From Myxococcales bacterium (GTDB lineage: Bacteria > Myxococcota_A > Polyangia > Polyangiales > SLQV01), in assembly GCA_007124745.1 (NCBI GenBank), contig SLEO01000019.1, positions 1 through 56,177 of the forward strand: 56,177 nucleotides of DNA, in the 5' to 3' direction. Both the position numbers and the translations under genes were made by a program. The notes under the pieces were generated by a model that made no database searches, was not told where the DNA came from, and saw only the letters and a list, made by a program, of their open reading frames with translations. Positions within the stretch are counted from its first letter, which is position 1, and every line of letters begins with the position of its first letter. Of the stretch, positions 20,112 through 28,747 are shown piece by piece.

Positions 20112-22778
20112 ATGGGCAAGCAGGAACGAAGGATGCCGCTCGCGGTGGTTGCGGAGCCGGACCGCGATGCTTGTCTGGCGGCGCTGCTCGCGCACCTTGA
20201 GGCCAGCGGCCTTGCGCTTTATCCGGCTCAGGAGGACGCCATGCTCGCGCTGTTCTCCGACGAGCATGTAGTGCTCGAGACGCCGACCGGTTCGGGCAAG
20301 TCGCTGGTAGCCCTCGCCGCGCACGTGCTGGCCCTGAGCCAACGCTACCGAAGCGTCTACACCGCACCACTGAAAGCGCTCGTGAACGAAAAGTTCTTCG
20401 ACTTATGCGAGCAGCTAGGCGCTGAGCACGTGGGGCTCGTCACGGGAGACGCGCGCATCAATGCGGACGCGCCCATTCTCTGCTGCACCGCCGAGATTCT
20501 CGCGAACTGGTGCGCCTACCCCGCGCGGGTAGCGCATATCGGCAGCGTCGTGATGGATGAGTTTCATTATTACGGCGACCGGGACCGGGGCGTCGCTTGG
20601 CAGATTCCACTGCTCACGCTGCCGGGCGCGCGATTCCTTCTGATGTCCGCGACGCTCGGCGACGTGTCCGAACTCAAGACAGACCTAGAGCGGCGAACCC
20701 GCCGAAGCGTGGCCCATGTGAAGAGTCAGGAGCGGCCAGTGCCGCTCGATTTCATCTACAGCGAAGCGCCACGGCATGAGGTGCTCGCAACGCTGCTCAA
20801 GGAGAGCGGGCTGCCGGCTTATTTCGTATTCTTCTCGCAGCGTGCCGCTACCGAGCAGGCGGAGAGCTTCGCGAGTATCGATCTGCTGTCGACGGAAGAT
20901 AAGCGCCGGGTGCGCGAGCTGATGCAACCGATGCAATTTAACTCGCCCCTTGGGCCTAAGCTCAAGCGGCTTCTTTCTCTCGGCATTGGCGTGCACCACG
21001 CGGGTCTTTTGCCGCGCTATCGCCACTACGTAGAAGTGCTCGCGAACTCGGGCCTCATTCGCGTGGTCGCGGGCACGGACACATTGGGCGTAGGCATCAA
21101 TCTCCCCATTCGCACCGTGGTTCTGACGCAACTCTGCAAGTTCGACGGTGAGAAAACACGGCTCATCGGTGCGAGGTTGTTTCACCAGCTTGCGGGTCGG
21201 GCGGGTCGCAAGGGTTTCGACGCGCGCGGTAGCGTCGTGGTGCAAGCCCCCGAACACGTCATCGACAATAAGGCGGCTCAGGCGAAGGCCTCGGAAAACC
21301 CCAAGAAGCTCAAAAAACTCCAGCTCAAAAAGCCCCCAGAGTTTGGATTCGTGCCCTGGGACGCTTCGACCTTCGAGCGCCTAACCCAGTCCGCGCCGGA
21401 GCCGCTGGCCTCGCGCTTCCGGCTCGACCACGGCCTGGTACTGCGCTGGCTTGAGGGGCAGGGTGGGCGCGCCAGCGCGCTGTGTGCACTGGTCGACGCC
21501 TCACACGGTTCACGCTTCACCAAGTTCCGCCAGAAGCACTACGCCGTCAGGCTCGTGCGCGAACTGCTCGAATCGGACGTCATCGCCCGCACGGTGGATG
21601 CGGCCGGTGGCCCGGCGTTGCGGGTGAATGCGGAGCTGCAGGACGACTTTTCCGTGTCCCACAGTTTAGGGCTCTTTTCGCTAAGCGTGCTTGAGGGTAT
21701 GGACCGCCAGTCGCCGGCCTATGCGCTCGACGCCATCAGCGTCATTGAGTCGATACTCGAAACCCCCGAGTTTATCTTGCGTCAGCAGCGTGGCCGCGCC
21801 CGCCAGAGGCGTTTGGCGGAGCTCAAGGCAGAGGGCGTCGAGTACGATGAACGGCAGGCGCTACTCGAAGAAGTGGATGCGCCGCGGCCGCTCGCCTCGT
21901 TTCTCGTGCCCGCGCTCGACGCGTTTCGCATCAAGGCCCCTTGGATCGATGAAGATGCGCTCGTGCCGAAGTCTATCGGCCGCGAACTCTTGGAGGAGGG
22001 CATTTCCTTTAACCAGTTTGTGTCCCGCTACGGCCTTGAGCGCGCAGAAGGGGTGCTACTCCGATACCTTTTCGACCTGTGGCGTACGCTCCAGCGTTCC
22101 GTCCCCGACGTATGGAAGACCGACGCGTTGCTTGCCTACGAACTGGAACTCGAGACGCTCATCGCTCGCGTGGACAATACCCTTGAGACGAGCTGGCAGG
22201 GCCTCGCACAAGCCGGACGCGAGCCTTCCGTGACCACCGCGGCGCCCGACAAGCCTCCCAGTCTCCAGGATCGCACGTGGCGCCTGGCTCTGGAAAACGC
22301 GTGCTGGCGGGCACATGCAGCGTTCGCGAGCGGTGATTTCAGCGCGTTCAGCGCCGAGTGGCGTTGGTCAGCGCTCGACGAAAGCGCGTTTGCCGAGCGC
22401 AGGGACACCTTCCTCTCGGAGCATGAAGCGGTGGAAGTGTCGCCGCGTTCGCGGGCGCTGCGCTGGCTCGCGCTTGAGGCCGTCCCGGATGCAGGCCTTG
22501 AGCTACCGGCAGATATGCCGTCTGCGCTGCACACGCCGGAAATGCTTGGCCGCCGTAGACTCTGCGATACGGCGGAGTTCGACGATTGGGAGTTTGTCTT
22601 CGGTGCGCGGCTCGTGGCGCGCGCGTCCGAAGACGAACCGAACGCTGCGTCAGAGGTAGACCCCGCAGCGTCGACCCGGGCGGCCGTCGCCCCGCTCGAA
22701 GTGGAGCTGACGCTCCTCGCGCTCGGGCCCATCGACGAGCTTCAAGCGTCCATCCAAACGTGGAAGGGCTCGGCCTAA
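20112..22778 (+). CDS. Ski2-like DEAD/DEAH-box helicase with long C-terminal domain (DUF3516-type architecture)
   Basis: Contains motif I (ETPTGSGKS), motif II (MDEFHYY), motif III (MSATL) and HHAGLLP. A C-terminal region of about 400 aa follows the helicase core. Confidence 0.82.
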   Translation: MGKQERRMPLAVVAEPDRDACLAALLAHLEASGLALYPAQEDAMLALFSDEHVVLETPTGSGKSLVALAAHVLALSQRYRSVYTAPLKALVNEKFFDLCEQLGAEHVGLVTGDARINADAPILCCTAEILANWCAYPARVAHIGSVVMDEFHYYGDRDRGVAWQIPLLTLPGARFLLMSATLGDVSELKTDLERRTRRSVAHVKSQERPVPLDFIYSEAPRHEVLATLLKESGLPAYFVFFSQRAATEQAESFASIDLLSTEDKRRVRELMQPMQFNSPLGPKLKRLLSLGIGVHHAGLLPRYRHYVEVLANSGLIRVVAGTDTLGVGINLPIRTVVLTQLCKFDGEKTRLIGARLFHQLAGRAGRKGFDARGSVVVQAPEHVIDNKAAQAKASENPKKLKKLQLKKPPEFGFVPWDASTFERLTQSAPEPLASRFRLDHGLVLRWLEGQGGRASALCALVDASHGSRFTKFRQKHYAVRLVRELLESDVIARTVDAAGGPALRVNAELQDDFSVSHSLGLFSLSVLEGMDRQSPAYALDAISVIESILETPEFILRQQRGRARQRRLAELKAEGVEYDERQALLEEVDAPRPLASFLVPALDAFRIKAPWIDEDALVPKSIGRELLEEGISFNQFVSRYGLERAEGVLLRYLFDLWRTLQRSVPDVWKTDALLAYELELETLIARVDNTLETSWQGLAQAGREPSVTTAAPDKPPSLQDRTWRLALENACWRAHAAFASGDFSAFSAEWRWSALDESAFAERRDTFLSEHEAVEVSPRSRALRWLALEAVPDAGLELPADMPSALHTPEMLGRRRLCDTAEFDDWEFVFGARLVARASEDEPNAASEVDPAASTRAAVAPLEVELTLLALGPIDELQASIQTWKGSA

Positions 22779-22807
22779 CGCAAAGGTGCTGAGGTGCGCG
22801 AAGGGGC

Positions 22808-23653
22808 TCACCCGGGCGCACGTGTCGCGAGACGGCTGAGGCAGGGCAGAACGCGGTCACGGAAGTGACCGCGCGTTGCGGCGCCGACGGCAATGACTTC
22901 GGCGTGGTCGAGGGTTTGTGCACTCAAGCCGGCACCGAAGTTGGTGATGCAGGACATGCCGGCAACCTGCAGCCCCATGGCATGTGCGGCGAGCGCCTCC
23001 AGGGCCGTGCTCATGCCAACGGCAGAGGCCCCGAGGTGGGCCAGCATACGAACTTCGGCGGGCGTCTCGTAGGAGGGGCCGCGCAGCGACGCGTAAACAC
23101 CGCGGGCGCGCGGCGCGCCGTCGAGCGCATCGAAGAGGGCCTGCGTGAGCCTTCGGTCATACACCTGAGATGCGTCGGGGAATCGCGGTCCGAAGGCGGG
23201 CTCATGCGGCCCTTCGAAGGGGTTGAGGCCGCTTAAGTTAATGTGGTCTTCGATGCAGAGCAGGGTCCCTGGCTTGAGGTCGGGGGTGAGCCCGCCGGCA
23301 GCGTTCGTGAGGAAAAGGCGCTTGACGCCGCATAGGGCGCAGGCACGAACGAGACGCACCACCGCCTGCGGTGCGTGACCTTCGTAAGCGTGAACCCGTC
23401 CCGACGCGAACCACATCGGTACGCCTCCGACCTGTGCACAACTTAAATGACCACCGTGCCCTTCGATGCTCGGTGCGGGGAGATGCGGCAGCGCACGAAA
23501 GTCCGCAGACGCGCCGACGGAAGCTGCGTCGAGCGCGCCACCAAGGCCACTGCCTAAGACCACCAGCCACTCGGCCGCATCTCCCAGCTGCCCTGTGATG
23601 GCTGCCGCTAGTGCGCGAACGCGGTCAATCTCGCTTGGGTCCTCAACCATCAC
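22808..23653 (-). CDS. purine nucleoside phosphorylase (PNP/MTAP family)
   Basis: Contains GRVHAYEGH, LTNAAGGL, VGMST and ITNFGAG blocks. Confidence 0.87.
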   Translation of the reverse strand: MMVEDPSEIDRVRALAAAITGQLGDAAEWLVVLGSGLGGALDAASVGASADFRALPHLPAPSIEGHGGHLSCAQVGGVPMWFASGRVHAYEGHAPQAVVRLVRACALCGVKRLFLTNAAGGLTPDLKPGTLLCIEDHINLSGLNPFEGPHEPAFGPRFPDASQVYDRRLTQALFDALDGAPRARGVYASLRGPSYETPAEVRMLAHLGASAVGMSTALEALAAHAMGLQVAGMSCITNFGAGLSAQTLDHAEVIAVGAATRGHFRDRVLPCLSRLATRAPG

Positions 23654-23846
23654 ACGCTCTTAGTACATGTATGCTCCACGTTCTACGCCTGGGCGCAAGG
23701 GCGCGGGTGCTCTCTGTGCCAGACGTATCGTGGCCTCAGGCTGCGGGGGCAAAAGCCCACGTGCCTTGTTCTGCCGCCGCGCTCTACCTGCGACCTCCGA
23801 CGGCGTATCCTTGCTCGCCACAGGCCAAACGCCATAGTAGGGCGCT

Positions 23847-24584
23847 ATGGCCGTGAGCGAGTTATCGATGTCCCGGGGGCACGAACGGGGGATCGTCCGA
23901 GAAGGATACGGCCGGAGTCGCTTTCGAGTTCGAAGGCTCGTTTGTCTCGCGTTCTGCAGCGTAAGTCTTCTCGCGTGTGGCGGCGCCTCGAAGAACGAGA
24001 AAGCTTCGCGGGATCCGGCCCAAGGGCGCGCCCTCGAGGTGGTCGAAACCGATACGGTGCGGTTGCGTCCGCTGAAACTGGTCGAGATTGGGGTCCAAGA
24101 GGGGGTGACAGCGTTCTCCGTTCCCTGTTCGCCCAATCGCGACGAGACCTGCAACGGCTTTGATGACAACTGTGATGGGCGGGTGGACGAGGGCTGTGGC
24201 TTCGAAGCGGGTGCGCTCGCGGTGACGCTGGTCTGGAATAGCCGGGCGGACATCGACCTTTTGGTGCAGGAGCCTACGGGCGAGGTCCTTTCAGCGATGC
24301 ACCGAGAAAGCGGTCTGGGGGGGCGCTTCGACCGCATCGGCCGCGGCGATTGTGGTGAAGGTGAGACCGCCGGGCGACTGGAACGTGTTGTCTGGCCGCT
24401 GGCCTCGATGCGCTCCGGCGTTTTCACCATCGAGGCGAACTACTGGGGCGAATGCGGCGTCGAGCCAGGACTCACCACCGTATCGCTGGCAATCGAAGTA
24501 GGCGGCAAACCCACGGGCGACGGCTACACCTACCGGCTGAGCCCTGGCGAGCACAAACATATGGTCTCGCTCACCTTGGACTGA
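23847..24584 (+). CDS. lipoprotein with CNGxDDNCDGxxDEGC motif and a DUF2135-like C-terminal domain
   Basis: It has a lipobox (SLLAC) and the Cys motif CNGFDDNCDGRVDEGC. The segment LAVTLVWNSRADIDLLVQEPTGE resembles YfaP/DUF2135-type domains. The antisense 256-aa ORF is judged spurious. Confidence 0.6.
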   Translation: MAVSELSMSRGHERGIVREGYGRSRFRVRRLVCLAFCSVSLLACGGASKNEKASRDPAQGRALEVVETDTVRLRPLKLVEIGVQEGVTAFSVPCSPNRDETCNGFDDNCDGRVDEGCGFEAGALAVTLVWNSRADIDLLVQEPTGEVLSAMHRESGLGGRFDRIGRGDCGEGETAGRLERVVWPLASMRSGVFTIEANYWGECGVEPGLTTVSLAIEVGGKPTGDGYTYRLSPGEHKHMVSLTLD

Positions 24585-24600
24585 AGCGCTCAGGGGTCAG

Positions 24601-24656
24601 CGGCTGTGCCCCAGCCGCTGTGCCCCAGCTACTGTGTCCCAGACGCTGTGCCCCAT
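24601..24656. repeat. 14-bp tandem repeat, 4 imperfect copies (CSGCTGTGCCCCAG-like)
   Basis: Read directly: CGGCTGTGCCCCAG, CCGCTGTGCCCCAG, CTACTGTGTCCCAG, ACGCTGTGCCCCAT. It lies in a convergent intergenic region. Confidence 0.9.
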
Positions 24657-24675
24657 CCGCGGTGGGCCGAGCCGT

Positions 24676-25260
24676 CTAGGGTTGGGCGCGCGCGGGCCCA
24701 TCCGCACAGAGCTGCAGGAAGTCCCGGAAGTTCCAGCGGCTGAGGTCGGTGCTGGTAAATGCGGAGGCCGTAGCAACCGCCTGGCAACCGTCGGCGTGCG
24801 CTGCGCTGAAGCACGTCGGTGCCATGCGAATGGTGCATGCGGCGGCGCGGGCGTTCAGGCCGCTAGCCAGCGCATCGACGATGGTTTGCGCGCTTTCCTC
24901 CTGGAGAATGAGGCGGCGGGTGGCTGCCCGAACCAGCCGGTGCAGCGCACCAAAGCTGACCATGCTGTCCCGCGGGACGTAGCCAAGGCTGACGGTACCA
25001 ACCGCCGGCATGAGATGGTGCGGACAGAGCGTGACGGCCTGGACCTGTTCCAGGATAATCCACTCGCAACCTTTGGGGCTTGCCGGTAGGGTGTCACTGA
25101 GCAGCGAGGCAGGGTCCGTCGTGCGTCCAGCTAGCAGCTCTTCGGTGAAAAGCCGGCGCACCCGAACGACCGTCCGGTCGAACTCGTCAAAGTGCTTCGG
25201 CCCGTAGCCGAGCGCGGAAAGTAGAGCGCCAACGGCATCTTCGACAGCCTGATCATCCAT
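24676..25260 (-). CDS. folE: GTP cyclohydrolase I family protein
   Basis: It has the CPHHLMP zinc-site block, followed by the GYVP...LHRLV and RRLILQEE pattern of FolE. The C-terminal active-site segment is atypical. Confidence 0.72.
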   Translation of the reverse strand: MDDQAVEDAVGALLSALGYGPKHFDEFDRTVVRVRRLFTEELLAGRTTDPASLLSDTLPASPKGCEWIILEQVQAVTLCPHHLMPAVGTVSLGYVPRDSMVSFGALHRLVRAATRRLILQEESAQTIVDALASGLNARAAACTIRMAPTCFSAAHADGCQAVATASAFTSTDLSRWNFRDFLQLCADGPARAQP

Positions 25261-25478
25261 GCCAGCGAAAGAAAGTGACCTGCATACGTTTTCGACGCAA
25301 CTCGGAGGCGAAGGGGCCGAGGGGTAGGATGCAGGAGCCTCCTGGCTGGGTTATCCTCAAGGGTAAGCCATGGCACGTCGAAGAAAAGATGTGGATGCCC
25401 TAGGAGGAGCCGGGACAGGGGCGAAGCTCTCAGGCGCGTCGCTGTGTGTAGAAGCAAGGTCTAGCGTGGAGGAAACTC

Positions 25479-25895
25479 ATGGTAATCGATCCTAACGACA
25501 CCGTTGGCCTTGAAGGCGTACTTCCGGAGACGGAGGTAGGCGAGGTTAGCGGAACCGAAGCGGGTGCTGAGGCAGGCAGCGTGGAAAGCACGATGGAGAC
25601 CGAATCAGCGGCACAGGCAGACGCGGCTTCCGGCGCTGAGGGGGTAGGGGGCGACCATGGCAACGTTGAAGCTTTGTCGGGACTTGAGAGCCTTGAGGCC
25701 CGTCTTGCGAGCGGGGACACGTTGAGCGTAGAGAATCTGGCGGAGCTGCTGAGTCAGCAAGCGCTCGAAGGCCTTGAAGGCGTTTACGCCGACAGCCCTG
25801 AAGACCTCGAAGACCTCCGGGAGCTGCTGAATGACGCCCTCCTCGATGATCCGCTCATGGGCAGTCTCGCCAGCCGCCTGGTAGCCTCCAAGTAA
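25479..25895 (+). CDS. hypothetical highly acidic protein (138 aa)
   Basis: The ORF has good codon periodicity and is very rich in E/D/A/G/L. I recognised no family. Confidence 0.45.
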   Translation: MVIDPNDTVGLEGVLPETEVGEVSGTEAGAEAGSVESTMETESAAQADAASGAEGVGGDHGNVEALSGLESLEARLASGDTLSVENLAELLSQQALEGLEGVYADSPEDLEDLRELLNDALLDDPLMGSLASRLVASK

Positions 25896-26024
25896 GGCCC
25901 CCGCTCCCTCTCGCCCGGTCCCCCGCAGAGGGCACACGCCCGGGTCACTTGCGATGCTCCCGCGCCCGCCCCCTTGTGCTCAGATCCGGCGGTTGATGCG
26001 GGAACAACCTAGCTCTCCGGCGAA

Positions 26025-27920
26025 CTAAAGTAGCGGGCTTGGGTCGATCATGACTTCGTAGGCGCCGGTCGTATCAGCCGTAGCTCGGCCGATGAGAATG
26101 CGTTCTCCACCGGGGCGCGTGGGGGGAGCGTAGGCGCGTACCTCGGCGCCGCCCTCTGAACTGCCAAAGCTCTGCCCGGCGGCAGCCGTGATGCGTCCCT
26201 GAATTACGACGGGGTAGGCGAGTGCGAGGTCATCCAGACGGGTCACAGCGGTGTCGACGCTGACATCGCGAAACAGCGTCCAAGGGAATGCACTTTGTCC
26301 AGGTGGCTGGAGTACCAGGTTATATTGACCGCGGTCGGCTAGTTCTCGCAGCCGACCCTCGCTTGTTGTCGACGACGTTAATGGCCGCGCAAAAGCTTCC
26401 GCGGTACGCGCAGCACCGCCGGTGCTCGCCACGCTTAGGGCTGTGAGGCTGAAGCTCAAACCCGCGCCAGGACGGCCATCGGGCGTACGCACGCGCGTCT
26501 CTAGCTCCGTGCGCAGAGGAGGGCTGAAGCCTCGCTGCATAAGGCCGCCTTCGGCGCTCGCCACATCAATGGTTTCAACAAGGATCGCAGCATTGCGTGT
26601 CTGTGGCGGTACCACGGCAATCTCGTAGATGCCCCGAACAAGCTCGGTCACGAAGCGTCCATCCGTACTCGCACTGACTACCGTATCGAAGGAAGCCTGC
26701 AGCTCGGGACCGAAGCCCTCGAGTTCGAGCGAACGGAGGCGAATAGTGACGCGTTCCTCGGCGGGCGTGCCGGTGGCACGGCCTCCAAGCGCATTTGCCT
26801 CAGCTATCAGCGAGGGAATCGAGCCCTGCTCGGAGCTTGGAAGATTGACCTGCCCCTGAAGCGCTACAAAGGAAAACGTTGGAACTTCGAGTGCAACGCG
26901 GCCGTTGTCGTCACGCGGTAGCGAGGCGGGCGCAAAGAAGAGCGTCGGAAAATCCGGCCGCAGGGCGCTTGGGCCTACGCGAATCAGATAGTCGTCGAGG
27001 TCGGAAGCCCCTCGCAAGTTGAAGATGCCGCCCGAGTCTCCGGGGGAGGTCAGGGCCGTCGAGGTCAGCACGCGCGCACGGTCGACGCTGACCGCGCGAA
27101 CCTGCAAGCCCGCCTCCGGCACACGTTCACCGCTCTCGTCGATGGAAAAGACCTCGCCTTCAACCTGTGCGAAGGCCTCCTCATAGATCAGGTCCACGCG
27201 CTGGAAGTCGCCGCCGCCCACGACGATGATGTTTGTGAAGCGCTTCGGTGGCAGGTTGCGGAGCGCCTCCCCGGCAGGTGTCACGGTGACGTCGTAGACC
27301 GTATTGGCGAGCAAACGCACGGCATAATCTGCGACTTCGCCGTCCGGTCTGCGGCTGGAGTTATCGGAGGTTGTGACCTCGGCATCCAGTGCAGTGACCG
27401 GCGTTTCCGTGCTGACCGCGCGAAAGCTGAGCGTCGCAGGCACCGCGCCTGTTGTCACCAGCGAAGAACGCACAAGGCCCACCACGGTGGTGGTCTCCGG
27501 TAGCGTAAAGTTAGTGGATTCGACCACACCTGCGGAGCTCTCGAGTGCCCGCGCGGGAAAGCGGTAGGTGGCCGGCGTACGGAAGGCTGCGAAGCCGCCC
27601 TCGATCACATCGAACTCGATATTAAAAGCGGGTACGGAGCGCAGGACGCAGATGCCGCGACTTGATTCGCAGCGCGCTCCGTTGTCGCAAGCATCATCAG
27701 AGTCGCAGCGGTTGCGTGGCGCGGTGAGCGCGTCGGACTCTTCGTCCACGATAGTGCAACTCGGTGACGCGAGGCCTCCGAGGCCAAGCAATATCAGAAG
27801 CGTTCGCAAGCGCCGGCCTGCACTCAGTGGTGTGAACTCCGTAAAGGGCGAAAAGGCGCTAAGCCTGGGCGCGGCTCTCATGCGCTCTGTGCGCACGCAG
27901 GCAAGGTTCAGGACGCTCAT
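26025..27920 (-). CDS. hypothetical secreted lipoprotein with repeated beta-sandwich (carboxypeptidase-regulatory-like) segments
   Basis: It has a signal/lipobox region (LLILLGLGGLASPSC) and a Cys-rich knot (CDSDDACDNGARCESSRGIC). Repeated V/T-rich strand patterns end with GAYEVMI. Its start overlaps the upstream gene by 4 bp. Confidence 0.62.
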   Translation of the reverse strand: MSVLNLACVRTERMRAAPRLSAFSPFTEFTPLSAGRRLRTLLILLGLGGLASPSCTIVDEESDALTAPRNRCDSDDACDNGARCESSRGICVLRSVPAFNIEFDVIEGGFAAFRTPATYRFPARALESSAGVVESTNFTLPETTTVVGLVRSSLVTTGAVPATLSFRAVSTETPVTALDAEVTTSDNSSRRPDGEVADYAVRLLANTVYDVTVTPAGEALRNLPPKRFTNIIVVGGGDFQRVDLIYEEAFAQVEGEVFSIDESGERVPEAGLQVRAVSVDRARVLTSTALTSPGDSGGIFNLRGASDLDDYLIRVGPSALRPDFPTLFFAPASLPRDDNGRVALEVPTFSFVALQGQVNLPSSEQGSIPSLIAEANALGGRATGTPAEERVTIRLRSLELEGFGPELQASFDTVVSASTDGRFVTELVRGIYEIAVVPPQTRNAAILVETIDVASAEGGLMQRGFSPPLRTELETRVRTPDGRPGAGLSFSLTALSVASTGGAARTAEAFARPLTSSTTSEGRLRELADRGQYNLVLQPPGQSAFPWTLFRDVSVDTAVTRLDDLALAYPVVIQGRITAAAGQSFGSSEGGAEVRAYAPPTRPGGERILIGRATADTTGAYEVMIDPSPLL

Positions 27921-28672
27921 GGGCAGGTCCTCATGTCAACCGTCAGGCGGGTGTCGTCCGTGACGTGAATCCACCAAAAGGCGTTGGCGACATCCCCCTC
28001 AAGAAGCGGCTCACGAAAGGGGAACTCGTCGACGAATCCTCCGGAAACCAGGACCTCAAGCTTGTGACACTCGCCGGCGCCGTCCCGGAAAACGTCATAG
28101 GGAACCACCACGTCGAAGAAACGCTCTTCGGAACCCGACGGTTCGATAACTCGGCCCGCGTCCGGGCCGCTCACCAGTTGAGGGTCAAAGTCGATGAATC
28201 GCCGCCAGACGAGTCGCTGCTGCAGGTTGGCGTCACTCGCGATGAGCGGGAAGACGAGAGCTTCGCTGAACTCTAGGCCGCCACCGGGCTGACCTGTCTG
28301 CGCGAGATCGAGAAAGACAATCTGGCCAAGCGCTGTGCCGAACTCCCGTGCGGACGGCGCCGAACGAATCGAGGGAGGCGTGTTGACCTCATCTTCAAAG
28401 GTAAGTCGACGGTTCACGATACATCCCGAAACAAGCATTACGGCTAGGGTGGCTACAACGACAGCGGCCAGCGACCGTGCCAGGTGCGGCGGCCTCAACC
28501 TCAAGGGGACTGCTGCACTCGCCTTGCCAACTTCGCGTGCTGTCGCTCGGGTGGTTTGATAACCATTTGATAACACTGCGCTGCATGGTGCTTTGCGGGT
28601 CCCTTGAAAACCCCGGGCGTGTCCCGTGTGCAGCGGCTTCCAGGACATTTCTGTCAGGGTCTCCCGAAGCAT
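27917..28672 (-). CDS. hypothetical lipoprotein
   Basis: It has a hydrophobic anchor and lipobox (LAVMLVSGC) and is translationally coupled (ATGA overlap) to the next gene. The start is uncertain. Confidence 0.52.
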   Translation of the reverse strand: MLRETLTEMSWKPLHTGHARGFQGTRKAPCSAVLSNGYQTTRATAREVGKASAAVPLRLRPPHLARSLAAVVVATLAVMLVSGCIVNRRLTFEDEVNTPPSIRSAPSAREFGTALGQIVFLDLAQTGQPGGGLEFSEALVFPLIASDANLQQRLVWRRFIDFDPQLVSGPDAGRVIEPSGSEERFFDVVVPYDVFRDGAGECHKLEVLVSGGFVDEFPFREPLLEGDVANAFWWIHVTDDTRLTVDMRTCP

Positions 28673-28747
28673 AGAGTGGGTTGGTTGTGGCAGTGATTCT
28701 CCTTGTCCTCGGCAAGAGCGCGTTCGGCTAGAGAGCGCGTATGACCA

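Noticed and set aside
23660-24430. A 256-aa ORF on the minus strand, plus similar long antisense ORFs at 5271-6194, 8109-8702, 20685-21257, 35294-36199, 53446-54051 and 54261-55031.
   Set aside because: These are shadow ORFs opposite well-supported genes in GC-rich DNA. Their translations are Arg/Pro/Ala/Ser-rich and contain no recognisable motifs.
28466-28481. A sigma-54 promoter-like TGGCACGGTCGCTGGC on the minus strand near the lipoprotein gene, and TGGCACGTCGAAGAA near 25371 on the plus strand.
   Set aside because: In both cases the -12 element lacks the conserved TTGC/GC at the correct spacing. The first site also lies inside the probable coding region.
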